Source: Octopus sinensis
Lineage: Eukaryota
Direction: 5' to 3'
Assembly (NCBI RefSeq): GCF_006345805.1
Contig: NC_043000.1
Location: forward strand, 110,546,001 to 110,610,000
DNA length: 64,000 bases
Each line of letters begins with the position of its first letter. The first letter of the stretch is position 1. The position numbers and the translations under genes were made by a program. Positions 26,225 to 39,455 of the stretch are shown piece by piece. The notes beneath the pieces were generated by a model. It ran no database searches. It saw only the letters and a program-made list of their open reading frames with translations, and had not been told where the DNA came from.

Positions 26225-26960
26225 CAGTGCTTTCACGCCTGCACCGCCGCGATACAGGTGTGCGGTAAAATTAAGCAGGTGTGTCAAGAAATGGCGCAGC
26301 TGCGTCGCGAAATCATAAAGGTGTGTCGGAAAATTATGTAGGTGTGTCCTAAAATTTCTCAAGGTCAAAACATATTATCGCTGATTTTTCACATGTGCTG
26401 ATTATAATTAAATATATAGTATTATATTCTTAAACCACGCATGCTTACTCGTGACACACGTGACCACGTAAACATTGTACTTAGCGGCGAGCTGTAGTTT
26501 TTATTTACGAAAAATCTCTATATATATAAAGCTGAAGTTGTCTGTGTATGGCAGGTTTGGTAGCCTTCAACTAACACTATCTCCTCCGAGACCCTGCGGC
26601 GCAAGTTGACCAAAATTGAAAGTATGATAGAAGAAGGCTTGCTCTTCAAATCGGACCATGTTAACACCAAAAATTATTTACATCAAAAAGGTGCTTTTTT
26701 GCTATGAAAAGCCCTATTTTTTTACGATTTTTTGACTGCTGTATCACCATTTCTCGGTGTATTTCAACCAGGAAAATGTTCACTTAAAGAGAATAACAAG
26801 CTACATAAAGCAAAATTTTTACTTTTCAAAAATTCCAATTCTAAAGGGTCAAAACAAACCCGAGCAACGCTGGGCGATACTGCTAGTGTATTTATAAAAC
26901 GCTGCCTCGATTTCAGTGAAACTAAAGTGTGACACCATCTTTGAAAGGTTGAAAATAATG
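26225..26960. mobile_element. Degenerate hAT (Buster/Charlie-like) non-autonomous element with a Helitron inside
   Basis: CAGTG left end, repeated AGGTGTG subterminal motifs, AAGGTTGAAAA right end; NNNTANNN-like flanks (ACTTAAAG/ATCTAATG). Confidence 0.4.
26515..26886 (+). mobile_element. Non-autonomous Helitron
   Basis: A|TCTCTATATATATAAAG...CCCGAGCAACGCTGGGCGATACTGCTAG|T. Confidence 0.8.
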
Positions 26961-27069
26961 ATCTAATGTTTGTATGTGTTATTCGCTTTTCTGGAGGCTG
27001 CAGAGATTTGAGATGCATATGGCCAGGAATTATCCCGTGTTTTGCTCAGGCTTGTACCTAATATTGTAT

Positions 27070-27440
27070 TCTTTTATTCTTTTACTTGTTTCAGTGATTT
27101 GACTGTGGCCATGCTGGAGCACCGCCTTTGGTCGAACAAATCGACCCCAAGACTTATTCTTTGTAAGCCAAGTACTTATTCTATCGGTCTCTTTTGCTGA
27201 ACCGCTAAGTTTACGGGTATGTAAACACACCAACATCGATTGTCAAGCGATGTTGCGAAGGGGGGACACGAACACAGACACACAAATACATACATACATG
27301 TATACATATATATGAGGGGCTTCTTTCAGTTTCCGTCTACTAAATCCACTCACAAGGCTTTGGTCGGCCCAAGGCTATAGTAGAAGACATTTGTCCAAAG
27401 TGCCACGTAGTAGAACTGAACCCGGAACCATGTGGTTGGG
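27070..27440 (-). mobile_element. Family-B (CORE-like) SINE with internal microsatellite
   Basis: Head plus tail homologous to 37141-37580. Confidence 0.75.
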
Positions 27441-27790
27441 TTAGGATTACGTTGGTCGGATTACGTATCTGACCTACATCGGAAACTGGGATGCACTCTC
27501 TTTCACGTTATTCGATTCTCCGAGTAGGATCTTCTGTATCATGTTCCCTCCTCTAAGGACCTGGCTTGTGTTGGTCGGCCACATGAAACATGGTCACAGC
27601 TGCTGAGAAAGTATCTCGCAGGGATAGGGACTGATTAGAACACTGCTAGGCGGGTTGCCAGGGGACGACCCAAGCAGATACTAACAAGTGGTGGATGCAG
27701 CAAGTCGCTGCAACGGCGCATGCCCACATACCTGACTTAACCTGACCTTACCTAACCTGACCTGACCTGACCTGACCTGACCTGACCGGT
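27441..27790 (+). mobile_element. RTE-like LINE 3' end with (CCTGA)n tail
   Basis: Degenerate HVIRF...VGRPHETW...VVDAASRCNGACPHT* followed by pentamer tail. Confidence 0.5.
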
Positions 27791-28644
27791 GTCCTTGTGT
27801 AACCTTTCGTCTGTCCAAAGCATTTCCATAAGTTTGTCCCAAACGTCCTTGTTCGTATTCTGATGTTTTTAGCTAATGGAAGTTTTTTTTTTTTTTTTTT
27901 TGCTTGGTTCGTACTACATTAGTTGGTGGATTATAGATTTGTTTTTTGAGACTTTAGATTAACAGCCTGGTGTCTTGTGCATCGTTTATAATGAACCATG
28001 TATAAACGAATTTCAAACCCTAACCCTAATTTCAAAGATTGCGATTAATATAAAACTTTCCTTTCATAAGTCTCGAGTTACGCTGGTAGTTGAAAAACAA
28101 AACAAAAAAAAAACCCTAAAAAATCTGGCAATGTGTATCATATATGATTCGTGTACACCAGAGAAACATGCCATGTGTATGACATGTGGCACATGTGACT
28201 GGCAAACAGCTAAGTCGACAGAGCGGAGTTCGAGCTCAAGGAAATATGGCAGCTGCTATTTCTAGCAACCATGTAGCGACTGTTTCCTTAAGCTGCAGCG
28301 CTGTACTGGAAAGTTATGTCTTCTGGTTCAAATAAACATGAAAAAAAAAAAAATAATAAAGAAATAAAATATAAAATAAATTGAAATAAAATAGAATGTT
28401 TCATTATTTCGCCTCTTCCGCCACCCCCTCCTCCTCCTCCTCCTCCTCTTTGCTAGTATTGGTAGACAACCGATTCGTTTGTATGTTAGTCACTTTTATT
28501 CAGCAACAATGTCAAGGCTGACAGGTTTGCATAATGCAGTTTTTGTGTAGAATTTTGGCTGAAGCGCCATTGCTTGGTCTGGTTGCGGAAAGAAGCGCTC
28601 AGTTGCTTCTGAGGTAGGGCTGAAGAGGATGGTGATGGCAGAAT

Positions 28645-29690
28645 GGGGGGGAGAGAGAGAGAGACGGGGAGATGGAGAGAGAGAGAGAGAGAAGGGGGGA
28701 GAAAGAGACAGATAAACACAGGAAGAAAGAGAGAGTAAAAGAGACAGACAGACACACAGAAGGATAGAGAAAGAGGGAGAGACAGAAAGGGAGAGAGAGA
28801 CAGGGAGAGGGAGAGAGGGGAGAAAGAGACAGATAGACACAGGAAGAAAGAGAGTAAGAGAGACAGATAGAGATAGAGACAGGGAAAGGGAGAGAGAGAG
28901 AGAGAGGGAGAAAAAGACAGATAGATACAGGAAGAAAGAGAGAAAGAGAGTGAGAGACCGAAAGGGAGAGAAAGAGACAGGGAGAGGGAGGGAGAGAAAG
29001 AGAGAAGAAAGAGACAGACACAGAAAGAGAGATAGGGAGAGAGGGGGACGGAAGGAGAAAGGAAGCACAGAAAGAATGAGGGAAAGAGAGGGGAGAGAGA
29101 GAGAGAGAGAGAAGGGGGGAGAAAGAGACAGATAGACACAGGAAGAAAGAGAGTAAGAGAGACAGATAGAGATAGAGACAGGGAAAGGAGAGAGAGAGAG
29201 AGGAGAAAAAGACAGATAGATACAGGAAGAAAGAGAGAAAGAGAGTGAGAGACCGAAAGGGAGAGAAAGAGACAGGGAGAGGGAGGGAGAGAAAGAGAGA
29301 AGAAAGAGACAGACACAGAAAGAGAGATAGGGAGAGAGGGGGACGGAAGGAGAAAGGAAGCACAGAAAGAATGAGGGAAAGAGAGGGGAGAGAGAGATTA
29401 AAAGAACAAAATAGAAAGAAAGACGGAAAGAAAGGAAGAAAGAGAGAAGGAAAGAAAAAAGAAAGAGAAACTGAGGTAAAAAGAGGTGAGAACGCCAAAC
29501 GGAAAAAGAAAGAGTAGGGGAGAGAAGGAGAACGGAAGACTGAGAGAGGGAGAGAGGGAGCGGGGAGAAGAGAGAGAGAGAGAGGGGAGAGAATAAAAGT
29601 TTGAAAGTGAAAGAAGATAGAGAGATATTGAAAAAGGGAGGGGAAAGCTAAGAGAGAGAGAGAGAGAGTGATAGAGGAAAGCGGGCGCGC
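28645..29690. repeat. GA-rich polypurine tract with a ~295-bp internal direct duplication
   Basis: Identical segments begin at 28950 and 29245. Confidence 0.85.
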
Positions 29691-29820
29691 GTGATATAAA
29701 AAACAACAAGAAAAAGTCATTTTGTAAACTTCCTTTCATGAAATAGTTTTTTTTTTATAGAGAAGTTTTATAAAAAGAAAATATGAAAGAAAACATTGGA
29801 AAATAAGATTTTCATATATA

Positions 29821-30327
29821 CTAGCAGTATCGCCCGGCGTTGCTCGAGTTTGTAAGGGAAATAACTATATAAGCATTTTTAGAGAGTTACTTCCCTTATA
29901 AATTCGGGCTTTCTTAGCCATTTTTGTTTTGGTGTCTTCAAGCCATGAAGTCGTTGTTCTAAAAGAACGCTGGTCTCCTTCACAACGCATTACGACGTTG
30001 ATTTCTTTACACTCCCTTCCCCACAGCTTCACGAGGGAGGGAAGAAGGGGGAGAAGCAAACAGGTGCAGCTGTGAGCGTGGACGCCAACTCCGCCGCCAT
30101 CGACACACGAAAAATTATGCATTAAAATGGAATAAAAAATGATGTTAAATTATTTTTAAAATCGTAGACTCATCGTTGATGCGCGCTAATAGTCAGACGG
30201 GCTCGATATGAATCACGACTATAAGATACCAGAATTTGGTTAAACTGCACCGCAAAATGTGGGAGGAGTTAGGAATCTAAATCGAAGGGGACAGACACTC
30301 ACACAACTAGAGTTTTATATATATAGA
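29821..30327 (-). mobile_element. Non-autonomous Helitron with extra internal segment
   Basis: Same termini as 19072-19466; TC...hairpin-CTAG; inserted at A|T. Confidence 0.8.
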
Positions 30328-30444
30328 TTATCGTTTCAATATTATCACCCCTCTCTCTCTCTTTTTCTTTCTTTGTCTGTCTGACTGTTTTTTCTTTCTG
30401 TCTGTCTGTCTGTTTTTCTGGCTCTCTCATTCTCTTTATATCTG

Positions 30445-30748
30445 ACTTCATTGACCGAGGTTACCGTGGTCTTTTCCGTAGGCTTTTCTTTCCACGGGTA
30501 AACCTCACCTGTCCTCCCCTTTACACTTCATATTGACATTTCTGTGATAACGATCCCTATTATTCATTTTTTTTTTTTGCTCTTCCCCCCTTTTTTTAAA
30601 CCCCTCCCTTTTTTTTGTCCTCTTTCTTTCCTTTTACGATCCCTTTTGATCGAAAACCACCACTCCCTTTTTTTTACCCCCAAAAGAAAAGCTCTACCTT
30701 GTAATTTGTTCTATCTGTGTGCAGCCCTGTGTGGCTAATAAAGAAACA

Positions 30749-30750
<2 letters not shown>
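30445..30750 (+). mobile_element. Probable LINE 3' UTR ending at (TATC)n
   Basis: Last ~50 nt resemble the family-A SINE tail; AATAAA immediately before the microsatellite. Confidence 0.4.
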
Positions 30751-30833
<83 letters not shown>

Positions 30834-30893
30834 GTTTGTCTGTCTGTCTGTCTGTCTGTCCGCATGTCTGTCTGTCTATCCGCCCGTCCGTCC

Positions 30894-30931
<38 letters not shown>

Positions 30932-30936
30932 GTGTA

Positions 30937-31811
30937 GGTGGTCTGATCAATAAGTATCCGGACTGTTGCCATAGTAACGAAGCTAAAGCACGCAGAAAGA
31001 AGCCGCTTGGCAAAGATTGACCTTGAACTCTGCTGTGCATGCGCACTAAGTTTTAACGTTCTAGCTCACTTCCGCTGTTTACAGCAATGTTTGGATGGCA
31101 GGTATGTAGCGTGTGATGGTTGCATTGGCCACGACAGAGAAAGTTGAGCAGAGAATCTGCATCAAATTTTGCCAGATGCTTGGCGATACCTGCTCCGAGG
31201 CCTACGCAAAGTTTTCAAAAAGTTTTCCTCGTTCTCGACTCAATCAAGGAGATCTTGTGCAACTGAAACCCGGGTATCTTCTTGGCACAAACTTGGCAGA
31301 CACGCGTCTCATACCCAAATCTTCAGTGATAATGGACTGAACTGAACCATAACTAATCTGCTCATCCTCTGATAATTCACGAACGGTGATTCGACGATTT
31401 CTCCTCACAGCTGCAAGCACATCTGCGATGTTTTCCCCTGCTCTGCTGGTTGCGGGTCTCCCAGAACGTTCATCAATATCGACATTTGTCGGTCATCTTG
31501 GAAACGTTTGAACAACTCGTACACTTGTGTGCGACTCAAACATTCCTCTCCATACACTTTCTGAAACTTAGTGTGGGCCTCTGAGCAGGTATCACCATGA
31601 TAACTTTCTCTGTCATGGTCAATGCGACGATCACACGTTACGCACCTTTCTTCAAAGCACTGCTGTAAACGGCGGAAGTAAGCTTAGAACGTTAAAACTT
31701 AGTGTGCATGCACAGCAGAGATCAAGGTCAATTTGTGGCGAGCGGCTTTACTCTGCGTGCTTTAGCTTCGTTACTATGGCAACAGACCAGGTACCTATTG
31801 ATCAGACCACG
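30937..31811 (-). mobile_element. Mariner-derived non-autonomous element with long (~280-bp) inverted ends
   Basis: TA flanks; TIR GTGGTCTGATCAATA; minus strand reads KVYGEECLSRTQVYELFKRF...DERSGRPATS...RRITVREL...EDLGMRRVSAKFVPR. Confidence 0.85.
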
Positions 31812-31934
31812 TATATATTTACACACATATGTATAATGTATATATCTATATCTGTTCCTTTACACAAACGCGCACGCGGTCACACACGCGCACAAATGTA
31901 ATTTTTTTACTTCGTCTCTCTCTCTCCCCCTCAC

Positions 31935-31977
<43 letters not shown>

Positions 31978-32437
31978 TTACATATTCAGTGTGAAAGGGA
32001 GAGAGGGAGGGAGGGATTGTGGGGGAGAGAACTATACATGTATCTTTCATCCCTTTTCGCTTTCTTCCCTCTTTCTTTCTCCCCCTTCTTATTCACTCTA
32101 TATGAGTAATAATTTCTATACGACAGAGATTTTGGTCAAACCACCCTCAGTATTTAACTGGTACTTTATTCTATTGCTACGCTACTTAAAGCACTATATT
32201 TGCAGACTGTTTCTTGCGAGTTTTTGCGTTGCTGCTTTGGCCAGACAAGGAAATATATGCATGCATAAATACAATACATACATTCATACATACATACATA
32301 CATACATGCATACATACATACATACGTACGTACGTACATACATACATACATACTAACATACTAACATACATACACAGGTATGTATGTTTGTCAGCGTATA
32401 TGTACGTATATATATGTATCAATTATACATACATACA

Positions 32438-32528
<91 letters not shown>

Positions 32529-32549
32529 ATATATATATACATATATAAC

Positions 32550-33350
32550 GGTGTTGTGGTAAAAGAGAGATTCCGTTTGTTTGTCAAGCAAAATGAAACT
32601 AAATGGTTCAGAGAAGCTATTATGTTATTGCCTAATTTGTCTCAACAAAACTTATGCAATGGTGCAAGACTAATTGTGCACAAGCCTATGAGGAACTGCA
32701 TGGAGGCAAATATTCTCACTGGTTGTGGTAAAGGTGACATCGTCTTCGTTCCTCGCATACCAGTTATACCATCTAATGTCCCATTCCAATTTAACTGGTT
32801 ACAGTTTCGTATCCATGTTTCTTTTGCCATGGGCATTAATAAAAGTCTGGGCCAAACACTAAAAGTTGCTGGATTGCAACTTGAACAACTATGCTTTTCA
32901 CATGGCCAACTTTATGTAGGAGCATCACATGTGGGAGCAAAAGCAAATCATTTTGCTAATGCACCCCGAAATAAAACAAAAAACATTGTCTACAAAGAAA
33001 TATTCACTCTTAATGCAACATGAATACTTCAATAACTTAATTTATCATTACTATCATTACATTCAAGAATGAATAAATTACCTATTTCAATGAAGTGTAT
33101 TATATAATTACCATTAATGTATTGATAAATAAAATAACACATACAACTCACTTATTATTATCATGTAATAAACAAACAGAAGTTCATTTATGAAATTTAT
33201 CTTTTTTCTACTTCAATTATTACAAGTTTTTCTCGTATAAAAATACACACATACAGGAGGAGTAAAATATACATATATAATAATACTTTGAATGTGGCTC
33301 CCGAGAAACAGTAAAAGTAGTTAACGATCAACGACGGGTATTACTGCTAA
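32550..33350 (+). mobile_element. Helitron 3' fragment encoding a degenerate PIF1-type helicase C-terminus
   Basis: LCNGARL...PRIPVIPSNVPFQF..LQFRIHVSFAMGINKSLGQTL...FSHGQLYVGASHV; degenerate CAACGACGGGTATTACTGCTA end. Confidence 0.85.
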
Positions 33351-33495
33351 TGTATATATATATATATATATATATCTATATATATATAATATATATATAT
33401 AATATATCTATATATACCTACATAATAATATATATATTAATATATATAATATATATATATATATATAATATATATACATATTATATATATATATG

Positions 33496-33533
<38 letters not shown>

Positions 33534-33643
33534 TGTGTGTGTGATATACAAATCATTTCTCTTTCTCTCTCTCTATGTATGTATATATTATATGTATGTA
33601 TGTATGAGCGCTTACACGTACACACACGTACACAAGCATACAC

Positions 33644-33709
<66 letters not shown>

Positions 33710-34233
33710 CATCCATCCATCCATCTATCCATCCATCCATCCATCCTTCATGCAGCCCCTGTCTAATGGAATGGCAATATATATTCCCCACCCTACCCAC
33801 TCTCTGTTGCAGCGCCATCTGGTTGTACTTCTGTTATCAGTTCTATTGGTTTGGGAATCAGTAAAGATCTCGCACAGATTTCCAACGAAAGCACATTTTT
33901 AAACAATCACTTACCCAACAAATTAGACGCCCGGATGTTGAGAAATATGTTGTTTTAAGTTCCTAACATGTCCTCTCGCACCCTTTCTATCTCTCCCTCT
34001 CTCTCGGTCCCCTTCTCTCTCTCACTTTCTTTGCTTCTTTCTATCTCCCCCTCTCTCCCACTCTTTTGCTTTGTCTTCTTTTACCCCGTTACTCTCTCCC
34101 CTCTCTCTCTTTCTCTCTCCCTTTCTCTCTCCCTTTCTCTCTCCCTTTCTCTCTGTCTTTCTCTCTCTCTCTCTCCCTCTCAGATTTTCATTTTCTTTCA
34201 CTTCAGGCTAATGCTTATATATTTTAGCTATAG

Positions 34234-34476
34234 CCTTCTTCTTCTTCTTCTTCTTCTTCTTCTTCTTCTTCTTCTTCTTCTTCTTCTTCTTCTTCTTCTT
34301 CTTCTTCTTCTTCTTCTTCTTCTTCTTCTTCTTCTTCTTCTTTCTTCTTCCCTTCTTCTTCTTCTTCTTCTTCTGTCGTCTTCTTCTTCTTCTTCTTCTT
34401 ACTTTTTCTTTATCACCAGCATCATCAGCACCACCCAGCACTGAAACCGTCGCTACAAACACCAGCAGCAGCAGGG

Positions 34477-34507
<31 letters not shown>

Positions 34508-34710
34508 CAACAGCAGCAGCAGCAGCAGTACCACCACCACCACCACCACCACTTCCCCCACTTCCACCATCACCACCACCACTACAACCACAACAACCAC
34601 CACCACCACCACCACCACCACCACCACCTTCACCTTCACCACCACCACCACCACCACCACCACCACCACACCACCACCACCACCACCACCACCACCACAA
34701 CCACCACCAC
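34234..34710. repeat. (TCT)n, (CAG)n and (CAC)n microsatellites
   Basis: Visible directly. Confidence 0.9.
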
Positions 34711-35174
34711 CTTCATCATACCATTAAATTGCCATTCATCATCACAGCTATCCCACATTTTCCACATGGCTCATAAAACATCTGAATGGTCGGGTTGCTT
34801 CTTTCAAGAGAAGGTAACCCTGCTAGCTCTTCTGCAAAGTGCACACACTCCCGCCATTCTTGGCACGCACACACAATCACACATACAACAGATATCTAAG
34901 TGAAAGCCCAACCTCCACTTACCCGAAGCAATGAGGAAACCTTGTCGCCGTCGTTCGAACTGCTAGAAATAGCCAGAAATAGTCGTTAAATCTCTATCAA
35001 ATTACACCATTCCGTTGAAAAAAGAGGAATATATATTTATAATATGAGTATTTGTACACACACACACACACACAAACACATCTATGTATGTAAATATTTT
35101 AGGAAAGGAATGAAAATAAAGGGGAGATTAACAATATCTGTATTAGTTTAACACTTAAAAAAGAAGGGTGAAGA

Positions 35175-35210
35175 GTTTTGACGTTTCGGACTCAGGTCCT
35201 TCATCATAAG
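35175..35210 (-). ncRNA. Degenerate hammerhead motif
   Basis: Minus: TT-ATGATGA-A-GGAC ctga GTCC-GAAA-CG-TC-AA. Confidence 0.45.
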
Positions 35211-35299
35211 TAACAATGAAGAAGAAAATTAAATAAAGGATGAGAAAATGTGGTTGGAGGAGAGAAGAAAATAAACGCGGTTTACACACCTAGCAGAAT

Positions 35300-35347
<48 letters not shown>

Positions 35348-35633
35348 TGTGTGTGCGTGTGTGTGTATGTGTTAGCGTGTGTGTTTGTTCAGGTGTGTTT
35401 ATGTATATGAGTATGTATAATTAAAAAATTCATTATTCAAGAAAGAACTCAATACTTTTCTTATTTTATAAAGGACAATATCTTACGAGCTTCGACTATG
35501 TATGTATACGCCTATACACATAGAAATTTATATATATATATATATCTGTAAATATAATATATGACAATTATTCGGTAGACATAGTATCGAGGTCTCTTTC
35601 ATTCTTTTGTTGTCTTACCATTTTTATCAATAT

Positions 35634-35677
<44 letters not shown>

Positions 35678-35891
35678 CAGATAAGAAAATGGAGAAATAC
35701 ATCTAAATCAAATATCAATTACCAGATAATACTCAATCACATACTTTATTAAACCACCACATAAGAGACTGTAGGGTTAGATATAAAAAGCAGAACAAAT
35801 CAGTGTACACACACACACACACACACACATATATATGAAAGAAAATGAGGTAGATGTCAAAGGAATAAACAATTATCTAATGAATTTCATT

Positions 35892-35962
35892 GGCTGACAG
35901 CTGTTTCTGCTATAAGATGCTGTGGACTCATAGTTGAGTGTGTGTATGGCTTCATTGCAGCC
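35892..35962 (-). ncRNA. Degenerate hammerhead motif with long loop II
   Basis: Minus: GGCT-GCAATGA-A-GCCATA...TATAGC-A-GAAA-CAGCTG-TC-AGCC. Confidence 0.35.
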
Positions 35963-35995
35963 TTGATATATCTGTGTGTGTGTGTGTATGTGTGC

Positions 35996-36062
<67 letters not shown>

Positions 36063-36108
36063 GTATATATTATGTATATATATATAATAATTATATAGAT
36101 ATATACGC

Positions 36109-36162
<54 letters not shown>

Positions 36163-36436
36163 TTCATATATTATATGAATATGCGTATATGCATATATAT
36201 ATATACATACATACATACATAATATATAAATGTATATGTACACATATACACAAATACATACAAATATATGCATGCACTCATGCATACATACATACATGCG
36301 TACATACATACATACATACATACATACATACATACATACATGCGTACATACATACATACAGACATACATGAATACATATATACATACATGCATGCATACA
36401 TACATGCATACATACCTACATACATACATACATACA

Positions 36437-36470
<34 letters not shown>

Positions 36471-36996
36471 CATACCTGTACCTGTAAGTAAGGTTGAATG
36501 CCGGTATGCAGAACCATAGAAAAACATACCAGAAAGAAAAGAACTCTTTACTCAGCACCACGTGACCATGAATATGATAAGAATACAACAAACGCCGGCA
36601 ATGCTATCTCTTGTGGCGCCAATCTTTGATTCCTTCGCCGCCGCATTCTATCTTGAAAGATAATGCCGTGAAAAGGAACGATCTTTGCAGACACGATTCT
36701 ATTGCCAGTTACAGAATTGCCAAGAGATGTATTTTGGTAAGGAAATATGTTAAAACGTTTCAATTTAATCAGAATTGTTAGATAAAATATCGCGAGTAAT
36801 GTGAGGCTATCTTTAATATAAAATAACAACCAATTAGACTGGTAATCAATTAACGCTGTGTATTAATCTCTTTCCTTCTTTCAGATTGATTAAATTACTA
36901 ATTAATTCGAAGAGAAATGATCTTGATAATATTGTGGGTCCAGATTTGATATCAGGAGAAAACCATCTCGAGATATCTTTGCTATATTCGTAGAAG

Positions 36997-37296
36997 CAGG
37001 CATGGCTGTGTGGTTAAGGCACTCGCTTTGATGCCAAGTTGGTTCAGGTTCAGTCCTACTGCGCGGCACCTTGCGTAAGTGGTGTCGCGCTGACCAATGC
37101 ATTGTCAGACGGAAACGGTGAGGAAGCCCTCCATATGTAAGTGTGGCTGTGTGGTAAGGATCTTGCTTCTCTACCATATGGTTCTGGGTCCAGTCCCACT
37201 GTGTGGTGGTATCTTGGGCAAGTGTTTTCTACCATAGCCACGGGCCGACCAAAGCCTTGGTAGTGGATTTGGTAGACGGAAACTGAAGAAGCCCGT

Positions 37297-37332
<36 letters not shown>

Positions 37333-37352
37333 TATATATATATATATATATC

Positions 37353-37404
<52 letters not shown>

Positions 37405-37580
37405 TTGTGTATGTATTTGTTCCCCCACCATCACTTAACAACCATAACTTAGCAGTTCGGCAAAAGAGACCGAAAGAATAAGTACCAGACTTACAAAGAT
37501 AAGTCCTAGGGTAGATTTCTTCGACTAAAAAGCGGTGCTCCAGTATGGCCACAGTAAAAAATGACTGAAACAGACTAAAA
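36997..37580 (+). mobile_element. Family-B SINE head followed by a full family-B SINE
   Basis: TGGCTGTGTGGT box A, GGTTCAGTCC box B, CORE-like CTTGGGCAAGTG, internal (TA)(TG)n, tail ending ATGACTGAAACA. Confidence 0.75.
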
Positions 37581-37598
37581 GACATGTGTGTGGGTATG

Positions 37599-37671
<73 letters not shown>

Positions 37672-37799
37672 GTATATATGTTTGTATGTATACGTGTATG
37701 TTTATCACCTTCCCCCACCACCACCACAAGATAACCGGTGTTGTTTACGTATACATACACGCACAGATGTGTGTGTATGTATGTGTGTGTGCGTGTGTT

Positions 37800-38165
37800 T
37801 GGTCCCTGTGGTATCCGTTCTCAACAAAAACCGAGCTCGTGGCACTTCCTCACACCAAGACAAAATTATTCCACCTCAAATGGCACAGCTCTCTTTAACA
37901 TCGTGCCAAGTCACGTAGACTCCGAGAAAGACACCAAGGCATTGAAACCGTCGGCGGACAAATTCGTGCAACAATTTCTAGATAAACCATTTATAGATAA
38001 ACCAGCCGGATATGCCTCTGCAGACAATGACGCTTTGCTCTCGTGGACTGTGGTGCCAAAAGAATGACTGTAACACGAAACACGGTCGAATATCTTCTGC
38101 ATGTGATTCTATTAAGTTAGTCATCATGGCCCGGGTCAATTCTGGTCCGAAATTTATTTAGGTAT
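37800..38165 (+). mobile_element. CR1/L2-group LINE ORF2 C-terminal fragment
   Basis: [13 protein letters not shown]...DKFVQQFLDKP...GYASADNDALLSW resembles GPxLFNxLP...FKxxLDxFLxxIPDxP. Confidence 0.5.
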
Positions 38166-38278
38166 GATTGTATTGAAGAATGTAAGCATATATAGTCCAA
38201 AAGTAATGAAAGCACAAAGATGAGACATGAGAACAATAAACAGGAGGAATAGGTTTGACACTCAGGAAAAATGGACGT

Positions 38279-38314
38279 CTTCGACGTTTCGGACTTATGC
38301 TCTTCTCATGAAAG
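38279..38314 (-). ncRNA. Decayed hammerhead motif in a Penelope-like terminal fragment
   Basis: Minus: CTTT-CATGAGA-A-GAGC ataa GTCC-GAAA-CG-TC-GAAG. Confidence 0.35.
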
Positions 38315-38367
38315 GTTGGATGAGAAAATAAAAAGGATGGAAAGAGGGAGAGAGTGAGGGGGAGAGG

Positions 38368-38423
<56 letters not shown>

Positions 38424-39084
38424 TGTGTCCGAGTTAAACGGTCAAGGCATGCTGAAATGACCGGAAGAGGAAAAAGTTTGCTTGAGGCCTGAATGGCAAG
38501 GGAGACAACAGTGACTTATGTGTGTGCGTGTGTCTGCGCGTATATGAAGCTAATGTGTGCGTGTGTGAGGCAATATGTGCGTGTATACTGAGTGTTTGTG
38601 CATGTGTGTGTACGCGTCTATGGGCATGTGTGCATGTGTGAAGTTATCTGACGTATGTGCGTGTGTGTGTATGTGCATTTGAGGCTATCAGATGTCTCTC
38701 TGAGTATGCGTGTGTGTGCGTGCGTGCGTGTGTATAAAGTTATTATGTATGCGAATATACAGATAGATCCGAAGTCAATACAAACACCGCCTCACACCGT
38801 TTCATCTATGTGGACACTATTCGTAAATTGGAGGCTCAAACGGATTAAATCATTAAAATCTGCACAAATCATGTCTATTAAATCCTAGATAATGGATTTC
38901 AAGGTTCCGAACGACATTGTTTCGTTTCTAGAAATTAATCTATGGCGGCTATTTACTTTGGAGGTGTCTATGTTTGTATGTCTCTTCTAGATAATGAAGG
39001 AAATTGTTGTTTACAGTGCTCTAGTGACCTACAACTGAAAAAGAAAAAAGAAAAAAAAGGCCATCTGTATTCAATCGTTTAAAT

Positions 39085-39455
39085 TCTTCCTCTGAAGGAG
39101 AAGCTGGTCTCTAACAAAGATACAAAGATTCTTTGGAATATAGATTACGAAAATGGTCCCATTTTAAACCTGAGAAAAGTCTTGCATAGTTTTACTGTTC
39201 CGCTTACGGATTGTATTTGAAACGTGCGAATCAGTTGGTTGATTTTTTTCTGAAAATCCAAGCTTATCCAGACTGACAGGCATTTACTGACAGGACCAAA
39301 TGCTCCAATTATTATTGGTATAAATGTTAATCTGCAATCCGGATGTAGAAGCTGGAGGTTTCGAAGCAGTTGTCCATGGTTATCTTCTTTCTCTTTGATT
39401 TTCAAAGAAATATTCCCATCAGCCGGAGAGCTGATCTTTATGACAGAACATGCTT
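39085..39455 (-). mobile_element. R4/Dong-like 3' fragment
   Basis: CSVIKISSPADGNISLKIKEKEDNHGQLLRNLQLLHPD...IPIIIGAFG; abuts (TATG)n. Confidence 0.75.

Noticed and set aside
32214-33023. 269-aa ORF as a host PIF1 helicase gene
   Set aside because: N-terminus is microsatellite, helicase motifs are degenerate, and a Helitron 3' end follows
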